Positions 16,961 through 25,224 of a stretch of DNA of 64,000 nt are shown piece after piece. Location of the stretch: positions 17,485-81,484 of the forward strand of contig DAIQMS010000002.1 in NCBI GenBank assembly GCA_036788815.1. The letters run 5' to 3'. The position numbers were made by a program, and so were the translations under genes. Source of the stretch: Bacillota bacterium (lineage in GTDB: Bacteria > Bacillota_I > Bacilli_A > RFN20 > CAG-826). Under the pieces are notes generated by a model, which worked only from the letters and a program-made list of their open reading frames with translations, was not told the DNA's origin and made no database searches. Positions within the stretch are counted from its first letter, which is position 1; every line of letters begins with the position of its first letter.

Positions 16961-18136
16961 ATGAAAGTAGCGATTTTCAGCGACACCTTTCCGCCTGAGA
17001 TCAACGGCGTAGCCACGAGCTCCCGCAATCTTTATCGGACTTTTAAGGCCCATGGTGACTCGGTTTTGGTCGTGGCCACCAATCCTTATAACAACGAATT
17101 GTCTCTCGACGGGGACATCTTGCGCCTCCCTGGGATCGACATGAAGCACCTCTATGATTATCGTTGGGCTTCGGTCTATAACGCCGATGCGATGAAACTC
17201 ATCAAGGAGTTCGCCCCGGAGGTCATTCATATTCAGACCGACGGCGGGGTGGGCCAATTCGGCTTCATCGCCGCCAACATCCTTCACGTGGCGACGGTTT
17301 ACACCTTTCACACGATGATGGAGGATTACACCTATTACGCCACCCACGGTTATTTTGATCGGGCGGCCAAGAGCATCGTTCGCACCTACGTCCGCTATAA
17401 GTCCCGTCGAGCCGACGAATTCATCACCCCGAGCATCAAGATTCAGGAATATATGCGCAACATCGGCGTCGATGCTTATATGAACGTGATTCCGACGGGC
17501 ATCGATTTTGGGGCGTTCAAAAAAGAAAATATCGACCGGGACAAGGTCAAAGCGCTCAAAGCCAAATATGGTTTAGCGCCCGATACCTATGTGATTTTGT
17601 CTTTGGGCCGAGTCGCCAAAGAGAAGTCGATCGACATCTGCCTTGAAGGCTATGCCCAGTTTTTGAAGAACGGGCCCAAAAAGCCGACCAAGTTCGTGGT
17701 TGTCGGTGGGGGACCCGCCCTCAAAGAACTCCAGGAATTGTCGGCCAAACTCGGGATTGCCGATCATGTCGTTTTTGTCGGGCCGGTAAACCCGGATGAC
17801 GTGCCGCTTTATTACGCGTTAGGGGATCTTTTCGTCTCAGCGTCCATCACCGAGACCCAAGGACTCACCTTTATGGAAGCAATGGCTTCCTCGCTCATCC
17901 TCTTGGCCCGTTACGATGAATCGCTCATCGGCACGATCAAAGACGGGGAAGACGGATTCTTTTTCCTCGATGCCTCCGACCTCGCGAAAAAACTTCCTAG
18001 TATTCTCGCCCTGCCGAGTGCTAAATTATCTAGCCTTAAGTCGGCGGCGCTCAAAGCGATTGAGCCCTACTCGCTTGAGAAGTTTTACACGAGGGTGCAC
18101 GAAGTTTATGAACGAGCCATCAAAAAGAATTGGTAA
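16961..18136 (+). CDS. glycosyltransferase family 4 (glycolipid, glucosyl-diacylglycerol-type synthase candidate)
   Basis: N-terminal MKVAIFSDTFPPEINGVA. GT-B fold. C-terminal E-x7-E-type region (TETQGLTFMEAM). Confidence 0.8.
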   Translation: MKVAIFSDTFPPEINGVATSSRNLYRTFKAHGDSVLVVATNPYNNELSLDGDILRLPGIDMKHLYDYRWASVYNADAMKLIKEFAPEVIHIQTDGGVGQFGFIAANILHVATVYTFHTMMEDYTYYATHGYFDRAAKSIVRTYVRYKSRRADEFITPSIKIQEYMRNIGVDAYMNVIPTGIDFGAFKKENIDRDKVKALKAKYGLAPDTYVILSLGRVAKEKSIDICLEGYAQFLKNGPKKPTKFVVVGGGPALKELQELSAKLGIADHVVFVGPVNPDDVPLYYALGDLFVSASITETQGLTFMEAMASSLILLARYDESLIGTIKDGEDGFFFLDASDLAKKLPSILALPSAKLSSLKSAALKAIEPYSLEKFYTRVHEVYERAIKKNW

Positions 18137-18902
18137 ATACAAGATCAGCGCGATCGAACAGAATAAAAAAGGCCAGATGGTCGTTTCTTTCGGCAAGGAA
18201 AAATTGCTTTTGAGTCCCAATGCCTTCACCGAGATGCCGCTTTATGTCGGGAAGGAACTCACCGCCTCTCAATACCGCTCACTCGTTCTTTTCACCAAGC
18301 ACGAAGTCCTCTGGAACTATGCCCTCTCCCTCGCGAGCAAAGGGGCCTATACGAGCCATGATATCCGCGAGAAACTTCGGAAAAAGACCGAAGACGAGGA
18401 CACGATTCGTCAGCTTATTTTCACCTTGAAGCAACAAGGCTTGATCGACGATCGGGCTTTTGCCGAGGAATATAAAGAAGAAAAAGAGAAGCAACTTTAT
18501 GGCCAGAATCGGATCGTTCAGGATCTCCAATTCAAGCACGGGGTTCGGGGCGACATCGTCTCCTCGCTCGTCTTCTCGGAAGAAGAGGCCCACGCCAAAA
18601 AAGCGGCCGAGGCTTTTGAGAAACGCTACGCCCGTTTGCCCCTCGCGAGCAAAAAGCAAAAAGGCAGTCTGGCTTTGATCCGGCGGGGCTTTGACGAACG
18701 AATCGCCAAAGAAGCGGTGGAAGGCTATAGCCAAAACAAGGTTTTGAGCGGAAAAACCCTCCGTGTCCTGTGCGAAAAAACGATAAAAAAGTATCAGGCA
18801 AAGTATAATGGTTACCAGTTGCGCACGAAGACGTTCGCTTACCTCATGAGCAAGGGCTATTCCGTCGATGAGGTGGAGAAGGTTTTGGAGGAATGCTTAT
18901 GA
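18108..18902 (+). CDS. recX: RecX-family regulatory protein
   Basis: N-terminal KISAIEQNKKGQMVVSFG resembles RecX (ITKIE...). Three-repeat helical architecture. The ATG at 18108 overlaps the GT4 stop by 29 nt. The track ORF from 17916 is an out-of-frame upstream extension. Confidence 0.65.
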   Translation: MNEPSKRIGKYKISAIEQNKKGQMVVSFGKEKLLLSPNAFTEMPLYVGKELTASQYRSLVLFTKHEVLWNYALSLASKGAYTSHDIREKLRKKTEDEDTIRQLIFTLKQQGLIDDRAFAEEYKEEKEKQLYGQNRIVQDLQFKHGVRGDIVSSLVFSEEEAHAKKAAEAFEKRYARLPLASKKQKGSLALIRRGFDERIAKEAVEGYSQNKVLSGKTLRVLCEKTIKKYQAKYNGYQLRTKTFAYLMSKGYSVDEVEKVLEECL

Positions 18903-19846
18903 AAACAATCGCCGAACTCAAAGATGGGGATAAGATCAGTTCCCAATTTCTCGTGAATGGCTGCACCAAAGGGGTGACGACCGCCTCGAGGAGCTATTTG
19001 ACCGTCTCGCTTCAGGACGCTACCGGAACGATGGATGCCAAGAAATGGGATATCGGCCCGAAAGACGAAGAAATCTTCGCTCCAGGCAATATCGTGAGCG
19101 TCGAAGCCGAAGTCCTTTCCTATAAAAATGCCTTGCAGATGAAACTCCTTTCGGGCGAGGCGCTCCCGCTTGAAGGCGTCGATTATACCCGTTTCGTCCC
19201 TTCGAGCCCCGTCAGTAAGGAAATCCTGATCAAAAAACTCCAGGATTATCTTGCTTCCTTAAAGAATCCGGACGTCAAAAAGCTCACGGAACACCTCGTG
19301 AAAAAGCATTATGATGCCTATGTCGATTATCCGGCCGCAGTCCGCAATCACCATAACTACGCCTCCGGTCTTCTTTATCATTCACTTTGCATGGCCGATG
19401 ACGCCGAAGCCCTTTGCAAGCTTTATCCGTCTCTTAACCGCGATGTCTTGATCGCCGGCGCGATCATCCACGACATTGGCAAAACCATCGAGCTTTCGGG
19501 CCCGATTGCCACGAAGTTCACCCTCGAAGGCAAACTCCTCGGCCACATCTCGATCATGCAGGCCGAAGTCAAAGAGGCCGCTGATACTTTGGGGATGACG
19601 GGCGAGATCCCGACGATCATGGAACACATGGTTCTTTCCCATCATAACCAGCCCGATTACGGTTCGCCGGTTCCGCCGGAGACCCGCGAGGCCTTGGCCT
19701 TGGCGATGATCGATGATTTCGATGCCAAAATGAACATTCTGGACAAAGCCTATCAAGGCGTTGTGCCCGGCGAGTGGACCCAGAAAGTCTTCACGATCGA
19801 CGACCGCTATTTCTACCTTCCGCTTTATACGAAAGACGCCAAATAA
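18899..19846 (+). CDS. yhaM: 3'-5' exoribonuclease YhaM (OB-fold plus HD domain)
   Basis: N-terminal OB fold and an HD motif (HSLCMADDAEALCKLYPSLNRDVLIAGAIIHDIGK). GGAGG SD lies 7 nt before ATG 18899. Confidence 0.8.
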   Translation: MKTIAELKDGDKISSQFLVNGCTKGVTTASRSYLTVSLQDATGTMDAKKWDIGPKDEEIFAPGNIVSVEAEVLSYKNALQMKLLSGEALPLEGVDYTRFVPSSPVSKEILIKKLQDYLASLKNPDVKKLTEHLVKKHYDAYVDYPAAVRNHHNYASGLLYHSLCMADDAEALCKLYPSLNRDVLIAGAIIHDIGKTIELSGPIATKFTLEGKLLGHISIMQAEVKEAADTLGMTGEIPTIMEHMVLSHHNQPDYGSPVPPETREALALAMIDDFDAKMNILDKAYQGVVPGEWTQKVFTIDDRYFYLPLYTKDAK

Positions 19847-20170
19847 AACCCTTCTCCGAAAAAATTTACAATTGTCACTTTGAGGTCTTTTTTGATACCT
19901 TTGGCAATGAAAACGCCTCTTCTTTTTGTCCAAAAGCCAAAAAGCGGGCGCTTTTCCTTTTCCCACGCCGGGCCGAAGGAAAACCCCTTATGTCGGAAAC
20001 CGGTTCTTTCGGAATGTTTCTGGTCCGAGTCCGATGGCGTGGAAAATCTTCCTTTTTTGCGCGTGAAATCGCTTACTAGCGACTTTTTCCAATAAGTCGA
20101 TTATTGTAGTCATTACCTCTAATGGGGGTATTCTTGAAAGGGGAAGCCGTTTTCTCAAACCACCTTCGCC

Positions 20171-21460
20171 TTGTCTAAAAATCAAAAAAATCGTATGGAT
20201 TTAACGCTTGCCGCCACCATCATCGTCCTCGTCGTCTTGACCTTGGTGATTTTCGCGTTCGTCTTTGTTGTTTTCCGCTCGATTCAAAAGTCGGAGCACA
20301 TCTTGGTCGATCAGGGAAACCGCGATCAGGAAATCATCACGGAGAAAGACAAGCAAAAGAGCAAGGCCTATAAGATCGGCAACCTCTTGACGAACATTCT
20401 TTCGGGCGTGATCGCTGCCTTCGCCATCGCGATGATGGCTTTCGCTCTTTATTTCAAATTCAGCAATAACTTGGCCTTCATCAATGGCCAATCGCAGATG
20501 GTGATTGCCTCCAACTCGATGTCTTATGTCGCCCGTGATGCCCAATATGCGACGAATGGCGGCTATCTTACCGACGCCATGGTGGCTCAGGAATTCAAAC
20601 GCGGCGATATTTTGACCGTCGAAAAGCCCCAGTCTGAGGAAGTTTTCACCACCTTGCAAAAAGACTCTTCGGGCAAATTGATCACCGAGAAAAGCATCTA
20701 TGGCAATGGTTACACCTATGTCCCAGTCCAAAGTGGCGTCCTTTATGAGATCTACGGCTACAACAACGATTACTCGAAGAAGTTGGTGGGCAATTCCTGG
20801 AATTCAGAGACCTCGATCATTATTCACCGGCTGGTTCGGATCTGGGCAGATGGCGACGGGAACATCGTCCTCAATTTCGCGGGGGACGCGGTGGGCGGAC
20901 TCGATGACGTCGATGTCAAACCTTCCGAGTTGGTCGCCCATTATCCGGGAACGTCCAAAATCTCCGGCTTGGGCTATGTCATCCTTTTCTTCCAATCGAT
21001 TTTCGGCGTGTATGCGGTTGCTTCAAGCGTCGTGATGCTCCTTTTCTCGGAACTTTATACCGGCAAGATTCAAAAGGATTACGACGTCCGTTGGGGCCAC
21101 ATCGACCATTCGCGCTTGGTCGTTTATGACCAAATCCAAGCCCAACGCGCCTTGATTCAGGACAAATGGGGCTCGCATCGCGAACTCTTAAAGGAACGGA
21201 AAGAAGCGTTTGAGCAAAAGGCCGCCGAACACCGTGAGGAAGTCAAGCAAGCGGTGGAAGAGCATCGCGAGGAAGTGAAAGCCAAAGTCGAAGAACATCG
21301 CGAGGAAGTGAAGGCTAAAGTGGCGGAGCGCCAGGAAACGGTGGGAGCGAAGCTCAGCCAAAAGAAAGCGGAAGCCGTGGCCAAAGAACCTGCCAAAAAG
21401 AAAGTCTTCGGCAAAAAGGGCATCGTCGTGAAGATCGTGAAATCGGACGACGAGAAATAA
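20171..21460 (+). CDS. SipW/Sec11-type (ER-type) signal peptidase I homolog with extra N-terminal TM region and a C-terminal coiled-coil tandem-repeat tail
   Basis: Catalytic-motif matches to SipW: SNSMS (compare SGSMEP), IIHRLV (compare THRI) and FAGDAVGG (compare KGDNN). A C-terminal TM helix ISGLGYVILFF resembles SipW's PYLGYIIGF. Differences from SipW: two N-terminal TM helices and a roughly 130-aa cytoplasmic tail with three EEHREEVKAKV repeats. The start is a TTG without a convincing SD. An internal ATG about 24 nt downstream would give MDLTLAAT. Confidence 0.5.
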   Translation: MSKNQKNRMDLTLAATIIVLVVLTLVIFAFVFVVFRSIQKSEHILVDQGNRDQEIITEKDKQKSKAYKIGNLLTNILSGVIAAFAIAMMAFALYFKFSNNLAFINGQSQMVIASNSMSYVARDAQYATNGGYLTDAMVAQEFKRGDILTVEKPQSEEVFTTLQKDSSGKLITEKSIYGNGYTYVPVQSGVLYEIYGYNNDYSKKLVGNSWNSETSIIIHRLVRIWADGDGNIVLNFAGDAVGGLDDVDVKPSELVAHYPGTSKISGLGYVILFFQSIFGVYAVASSVVMLLFSELYTGKIQKDYDVRWGHIDHSRLVVYDQIQAQRALIQDKWGSHRELLKERKEAFEQKAAEHREEVKQAVEEHREEVKAKVEEHREEVKAKVAERQETVGAKLSQKKAEAVAKEPAKKKVFGKKGIVVKIVKSDDEK

Positions 21461-21473
21461 GAAGAAGACGATG

Positions 21474-21540
21474 AGGAGCTCCCTTGAGGGCTCCTTTTTC
21501 TTTCGACCCTTAAGGTATTAACGCCGTAGCGGGCGTTTTT
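21474..21540 (+). terminator. tandem rho-independent terminators after the SipW-like gene
   Basis: First: GGAGCTCCC-ttga-GGGCTCC followed by TTTTTCTTT. Second: ACGCC-gtagc-GGGCGT followed by TTTTT. Confidence 0.65.
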
Positions 21541-21912
21541 ATTGGGCGCTAAAAATTTTACAATTGACGCTTGATTGTCAAATTTGATAGTTTAAATTCC
21601 ATTTTTAGGAGCCCCAAGGAGGGGACCTCTTGGTAAATAAATAAAAAAGCAGTGACTTTGAGAAGTGTCGACAAGACCTAATAAAGTGGTGGCTATTTAA
21701 AGATGTTGTTGACTCAGAAAAGTGAGGGTTATCCCCGGTTGTACGATGTCGGAAAGAATTCAGTAAAAACTAGTAATCGTCTGGTTTTCACCTCGTATGA
21801 AAACGCTTCCACGGGCATTTTTCAAAATCCTCGTGTATTGTATTGCTACTCCGATAAGGAGCGCGGTGCAGGAACACCGCGAAGCATTTAATCTGCAGGA
21901 GGATTAAAAAGT

Positions 21913-22515
21913 ATGAAACTCACCAACAAGATCGCTCTCATCTCTGGCCTTGGCTGCTTAGCCTTGGTCGGCACCGGGTTCGCAGCCTGGAGCTACATTG
22001 ACGCATCGAACGTCAGCGGTGGCACAGTCACGGCCGCTGCCGCTGCGACGAAAGTCGTTACGAACAGCGTCACCGGAACCATCTCTTTTAAAGAGGGCAC
22101 GATTTCCGCTTATGTCCTTTTGGATGAAAAAGACGTTAGTTCCGCTGGTGCCATTGAAGGCATCGCTTTCTGGAGCGCGACTGCGACGGGTGACGAAACC
22201 AGCACTAGTGCTACCCTTCCGACGATCACTCCAGTCTTCACGATGAGTGATGGCGCTGCGGTTCCGAGCTATCTCACTTATACGTATACCGTTGCCGTCG
22301 CTGCGACGGACACCAGCAAGGCTTCGCTCAAGGATTACGTTGCGGACTTCAGCACGACCACCGGTGTCGCTTGGACTTCGGGAACGGCGATCACTCTTCC
22401 GACTTTGACTTTCACCCAGAGCGCTGCTCCGCAGAGCAAGGCTGCCTATGATGTCATGGTCGCCGCGCTTGCGAACACCAAGATCACCTTCACCTTCAGC
22501 GCTGCGAACGCCTAA
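21913..22515 (+). CDS. secreted Thr/Ala-rich protein with SipW-cognate-type signal peptide (putative major fibre/matrix subunit)
   Basis: N-terminal ...LALVGTGFAAWSYIDASNV matches the G-x-W/F-A-x-F/Y-x-D pattern that follows the h-region in TasA/CalY-class signal peptides. C-terminal block YDVMVAALANTKITFTFS is shared with the next gene. Confidence 0.55.
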   Translation: MKLTNKIALISGLGCLALVGTGFAAWSYIDASNVSGGTVTAAAAATKVVTNSVTGTISFKEGTISAYVLLDEKDVSSAGAIEGIAFWSATATGDETSTSATLPTITPVFTMSDGAAVPSYLTYTYTVAVAATDTSKASLKDYVADFSTTTGVAWTSGTAITLPTLTFTQSAAPQSKAAYDVMVAALANTKITFTFSAANA

Positions 22516-22525
22516 TTTGGCTTTC

Positions 22526-22571
22526 GGCCCTAAGGTTGTTGTCAAAATTCCATTAGGGCCAGGCCTTTTTT
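22526..22571 (+). terminator. hairpin plus T6 after the first fibre-subunit gene
   Basis: Stem GGCCCTAA...TTAGGGCC with a long loop, then AGGCC TTTTTT. Confidence 0.45.
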
Positions 22572-22805
22572 AAGGTTTGGCCCTTTTGGTTCTCAAATCA
22601 CTTATTTGTCTGACCATTTAGGGAGATCGGTTCCTGGCCGATCTTGCTCGTAGGGAGCTCAGGTGAGGGCTCCCTAAATAGAAAAATGAAGCAAGATCCG
22701 CAAAAAGAACTGATCTCCGATACCCAGCAACTCACTATCTCATAGATCCGAACGAAGGGTCCTTATGAGATTCTTTTTGGTTCAAGGGAAAGGAGCGTAA
22801 CGCTT

Positions 22806-23447
22806 ATGAAAAAACTCAGCAAAACGACGTTGCTCCTTTTGCTCGGCTCTGCCGGTCTCCTCACGGTCGCGGGAGTTTCAGTTGGCTTTGCCGCCTGGAC
22901 GTATACCGACGCCGCTAACGTGGCTCCTTTGACCACCGGCGGAATGGCCAACGCCACTGGCGTGGCCACGACCACGACGACCGTTTCCGGTTCGATCAGC
23001 GTATCTGGTAGTGCCGTTGTCATCATTGATGACACGGGCTATACCACGGCGACGGATGGAACAAAAACGTATACGGCAGTGGCCTTTTGGGCCGATGCCA
23101 AACAAGATTATTCGACCGATTCGAGCAAGATCGTGAAACCGACGATGGCCGCGACGCTGACTTTGACCGATGCCACTGCGACGGTTCCTTCGGGCACCGC
23201 CTTTACTTATGCGATCGCAATCAGCAAGACGGATAGCGCTTTGGGCTATCTCTTGGATTATGTCGAGGATTTCTCAGCGACATCTTTGACTTGGGTCTCA
23301 GGCGTTTCCATCGCCTCGAGCCTTCCGACTTTAACAATCAAAACGACCGCGGTTCCCCAGACGCTTGATCAATACAACACGATGATCGAAGCGCTTGATA
23401 ACACCGTGATTACATTTACCTTCAGCGTGAAAGGACCGACGGCATGA
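22806..23447 (+). CDS. paralogous secreted protein with SipW-cognate-type signal peptide
   Basis: N-terminal ...VAGVSVGFAAWTYTDAANV. Shares FW, DFS.T..W.SG and NT.ITFTFS blocks with 21913-22515. Confidence 0.55.
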   Translation: MKKLSKTTLLLLLGSAGLLTVAGVSVGFAAWTYTDAANVAPLTTGGMANATGVATTTTTVSGSISVSGSAVVIIDDTGYTTATDGTKTYTAVAFWADAKQDYSTDSSKIVKPTMAATLTLTDATATVPSGTAFTYAIAISKTDSALGYLLDYVEDFSATSLTWVSGVSIASSLPTLTIKTTAVPQTLDQYNTMIEALDNTVITFTFSVKGPTA

Positions 23448-24334
23448 AATTCGCTTTCATGAAAAAACTCTTCGCCCACCCGGTTCTTTTGAGCCTGCTT
23501 TCGCTTTCGGTCTGCGCCGCTGGCGCGGGCGTTGGTTATGCGACTTGGGCCTATACTTCCGTCAACGTTGATCCTTCCGCCAATGCTTATAAGAACGGGA
23601 CGGCCACGGCCGGGGCGTTCAATTTTGCCTATGATGTGGCTCCGACCTATCCGGTTGAACCCGAAACGACGAAATCCGGCAATACGGGCGGTTATTACGA
23701 TGCCGATGGCAATGAGATCACCGAAACCTATACGTTTGGCATCAGGACGACGAAAGTCAAGAAAAAGACCTATTACTACATCGAAACGGTTTATCTCCCT
23801 TCTTCCTATACCCAAAGCGATTTGCCCAACTTCATTTTCCCGACCTACGTGACTTATTCGTCTCAGGATGGCGGTTATGTTCCTTCAACGAGCGGCTATG
23901 CCGTTTCCGGAACCTATGATTGGACTTCGAACGCTCACGATAACGCGGATGCGCTCAATATCATCCTTCCGTATTCTTACACCAAGATCGGCACCTATTC
24001 GCTTGCGGGCTTCTATGGCATGACCACGGTGACGATCACCCAAGTGGGCAATACGGCGAAATCCTCCGCCCTCACGATTGGGGCCAATGCGTTCCAGGAC
24101 GATTATGCTTTGACCTACGTTAACCTCTCCTCGAATGTGACGAGCATCGGGAAGAACGCCTTTGTTTGCGGAACGGATTACACCCCGGCGCCGACGGTTT
24201 ATATCACCTTTGACGGGACTTCTGCCGCCTGGGCGAATGTCACGCTTGCCAGCAGTTGGAATGGTGGCCGCTCCATTGTGGTGAGAACCACGGAGAGCGA
24301 TGGCAGCTACGTCTATCACACCTACGGCGCCTGA
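23444..24334 (+). CDS. secreted protein with SipW-cognate-type signal peptide and C-terminal BspA-like leucine-rich-repeat domain (candidate tip or adhesin subunit)
   Basis: N-terminal ...CAAGAGVGYATWAYTSVNV. C-terminal LRR_5-like repeats (TIGANAFQDDYALTYVNLSSNVTSIGKNAFVCG). Start overlaps the preceding stop (ATGA). Confidence 0.55.
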   Translation: MKFAFMKKLFAHPVLLSLLSLSVCAAGAGVGYATWAYTSVNVDPSANAYKNGTATAGAFNFAYDVAPTYPVEPETTKSGNTGGYYDADGNEITETYTFGIRTTKVKKKTYYYIETVYLPSSYTQSDLPNFIFPTYVTYSSQDGGYVPSTSGYAVSGTYDWTSNAHDNADALNIILPYSYTKIGTYSLAGFYGMTTVTITQVGNTAKSSALTIGANAFQDDYALTYVNLSSNVTSIGKNAFVCGTDYTPAPTVYITFDGTSAAWANVTLASSWNGGRSIVVRTTESDGSYVYHTYGA

Positions 24335-24353
24335 GCTCGCGTCTTGGATTCTT

Positions 24354-24379
24354 GGCCGTCCTTCGGGACGGCTTTTCTT
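24354..24379 (+). terminator. rho-independent terminator
   Basis: GGCCGTCC-ttcg-GGACGGC followed by TTTTCTT. Confidence 0.75.
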
Positions 24380-24679
24380 ATTGCAAGAGAAAAGGCATTC
24401 CCCGCTTCCGGATTGGAATGCCTTTGTCGTAGCGTTTTCTCGCCTTGCTCCACCGAACGTGAGCCTCAGGATCCCATCCTCAGCGAGAAACTGCCATACG
24501 AGTCTTTTTTACCCCGAGGGGGAGAGTCATCCTTCGGGGTTTTCGGGAATCGCTTCCCTTTCGTCACCCCTAATATAGCACCGATTTCTAAAAAGGTGTA
24601 AGCGCTTACACCCTTCCGAGGCATGACCCTCCTTTTTCGTCCCGACAGAAGGGGAAAAAGAGCCCTTTTGTAAATTTTG

Positions 24680-24714
24680 TGGTTCTCAGAAAAGAACCAA
24701 TCCTCTCGGATTGG
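24680..24714 (-). terminator. rho-independent terminator of the HIT gene (minus strand)
   Basis: CCAATCC-gaga-GGATTGG, followed on the minus strand by TTCTTTTCT. Confidence 0.6.
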
Positions 24715-24737
24715 CTCTCAAACGTCAAGAAACGGCC

Positions 24738-25154
24738 TTATTTCATCTTTTCGGAGATCGAACGAGCCAGAAGCGGCAAATCCATCTTCGACGTGTCCTG
24801 GGCCTTCATGGTGAGCTGGAAGCCGCCTTCGCCCCCGAGGTAACGCGGAATCACGTGGACGTGGAAGTGGGGGACGCTTTGGCCGGCGCTTTCGCCGACG
24901 TTGGTCAAGATGTTGACGCCTTTGGCACCCAAGACCGCGATCTCGGCTTGGCCGATCCGCTGGGCGACGTCGTAGACTTTGTGCATCAGATCCTTCGGGC
25001 AGGAAAGGAAGCTATCGTAATGCTTCTTTGGCATCACGAGGGTGTGGCCCTTCGTCGTTTGCGAGATGTCGAGGATCGCGAGCACATCGTCATCCTCGTA
25101 GACTTTGACTGAGGGGATCTCCCCATCGATGATTTTGCAGAAGACGTCTTTCAT
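24738..25154 (-). CDS. HIT-family (histidine triad) nucleotide hydrolase
   Basis: HxHxHxx motif VPHFHVHVIP. Typical length (138 aa). Confidence 0.85.
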   Translation of the reverse strand: MKDVFCKIIDGEIPSVKVYEDDDVLAILDISQTTKGHTLVMPKKHYDSFLSCPKDLMHKVYDVAQRIGQAEIAVLGAKGVNILTNVGESAGQSVPHFHVHVIPRYLGGEGGFQLTMKAQDTSKMDLPLLARSISEKMK

Positions 25155-25224
25155 GGTTATTTATCCTCCAAAGTAAGTAAAAGGGGTGGATTTCTCCACC
25201 CCCTCATTATAGCCTCGTTTCGTC

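Noticed and set aside
17916-18107. Long N-terminal extension of the recX ORF (MNRSSARSK...)
   Set aside because: Arg/Ser-rich wrong-frame-like sequence overlapping the GT4 gene in another frame. RecX homology begins at ATG 18108.
19861-19897. Standard sigma-A promoter reading of TTTACA ... TTGATA
   Set aside because: Spacing between the hexamers is 21 nt in both copies, too long for -35/-10. Kept as an unexplained conserved motif instead.
21228-21326. Possible CRISPR-like or minisatellite repeat
   Set aside because: Repeats are 33 bp with no spacers, in frame inside a CDS, encoding a coiled-coil peptide repeat. Not a CRISPR array.
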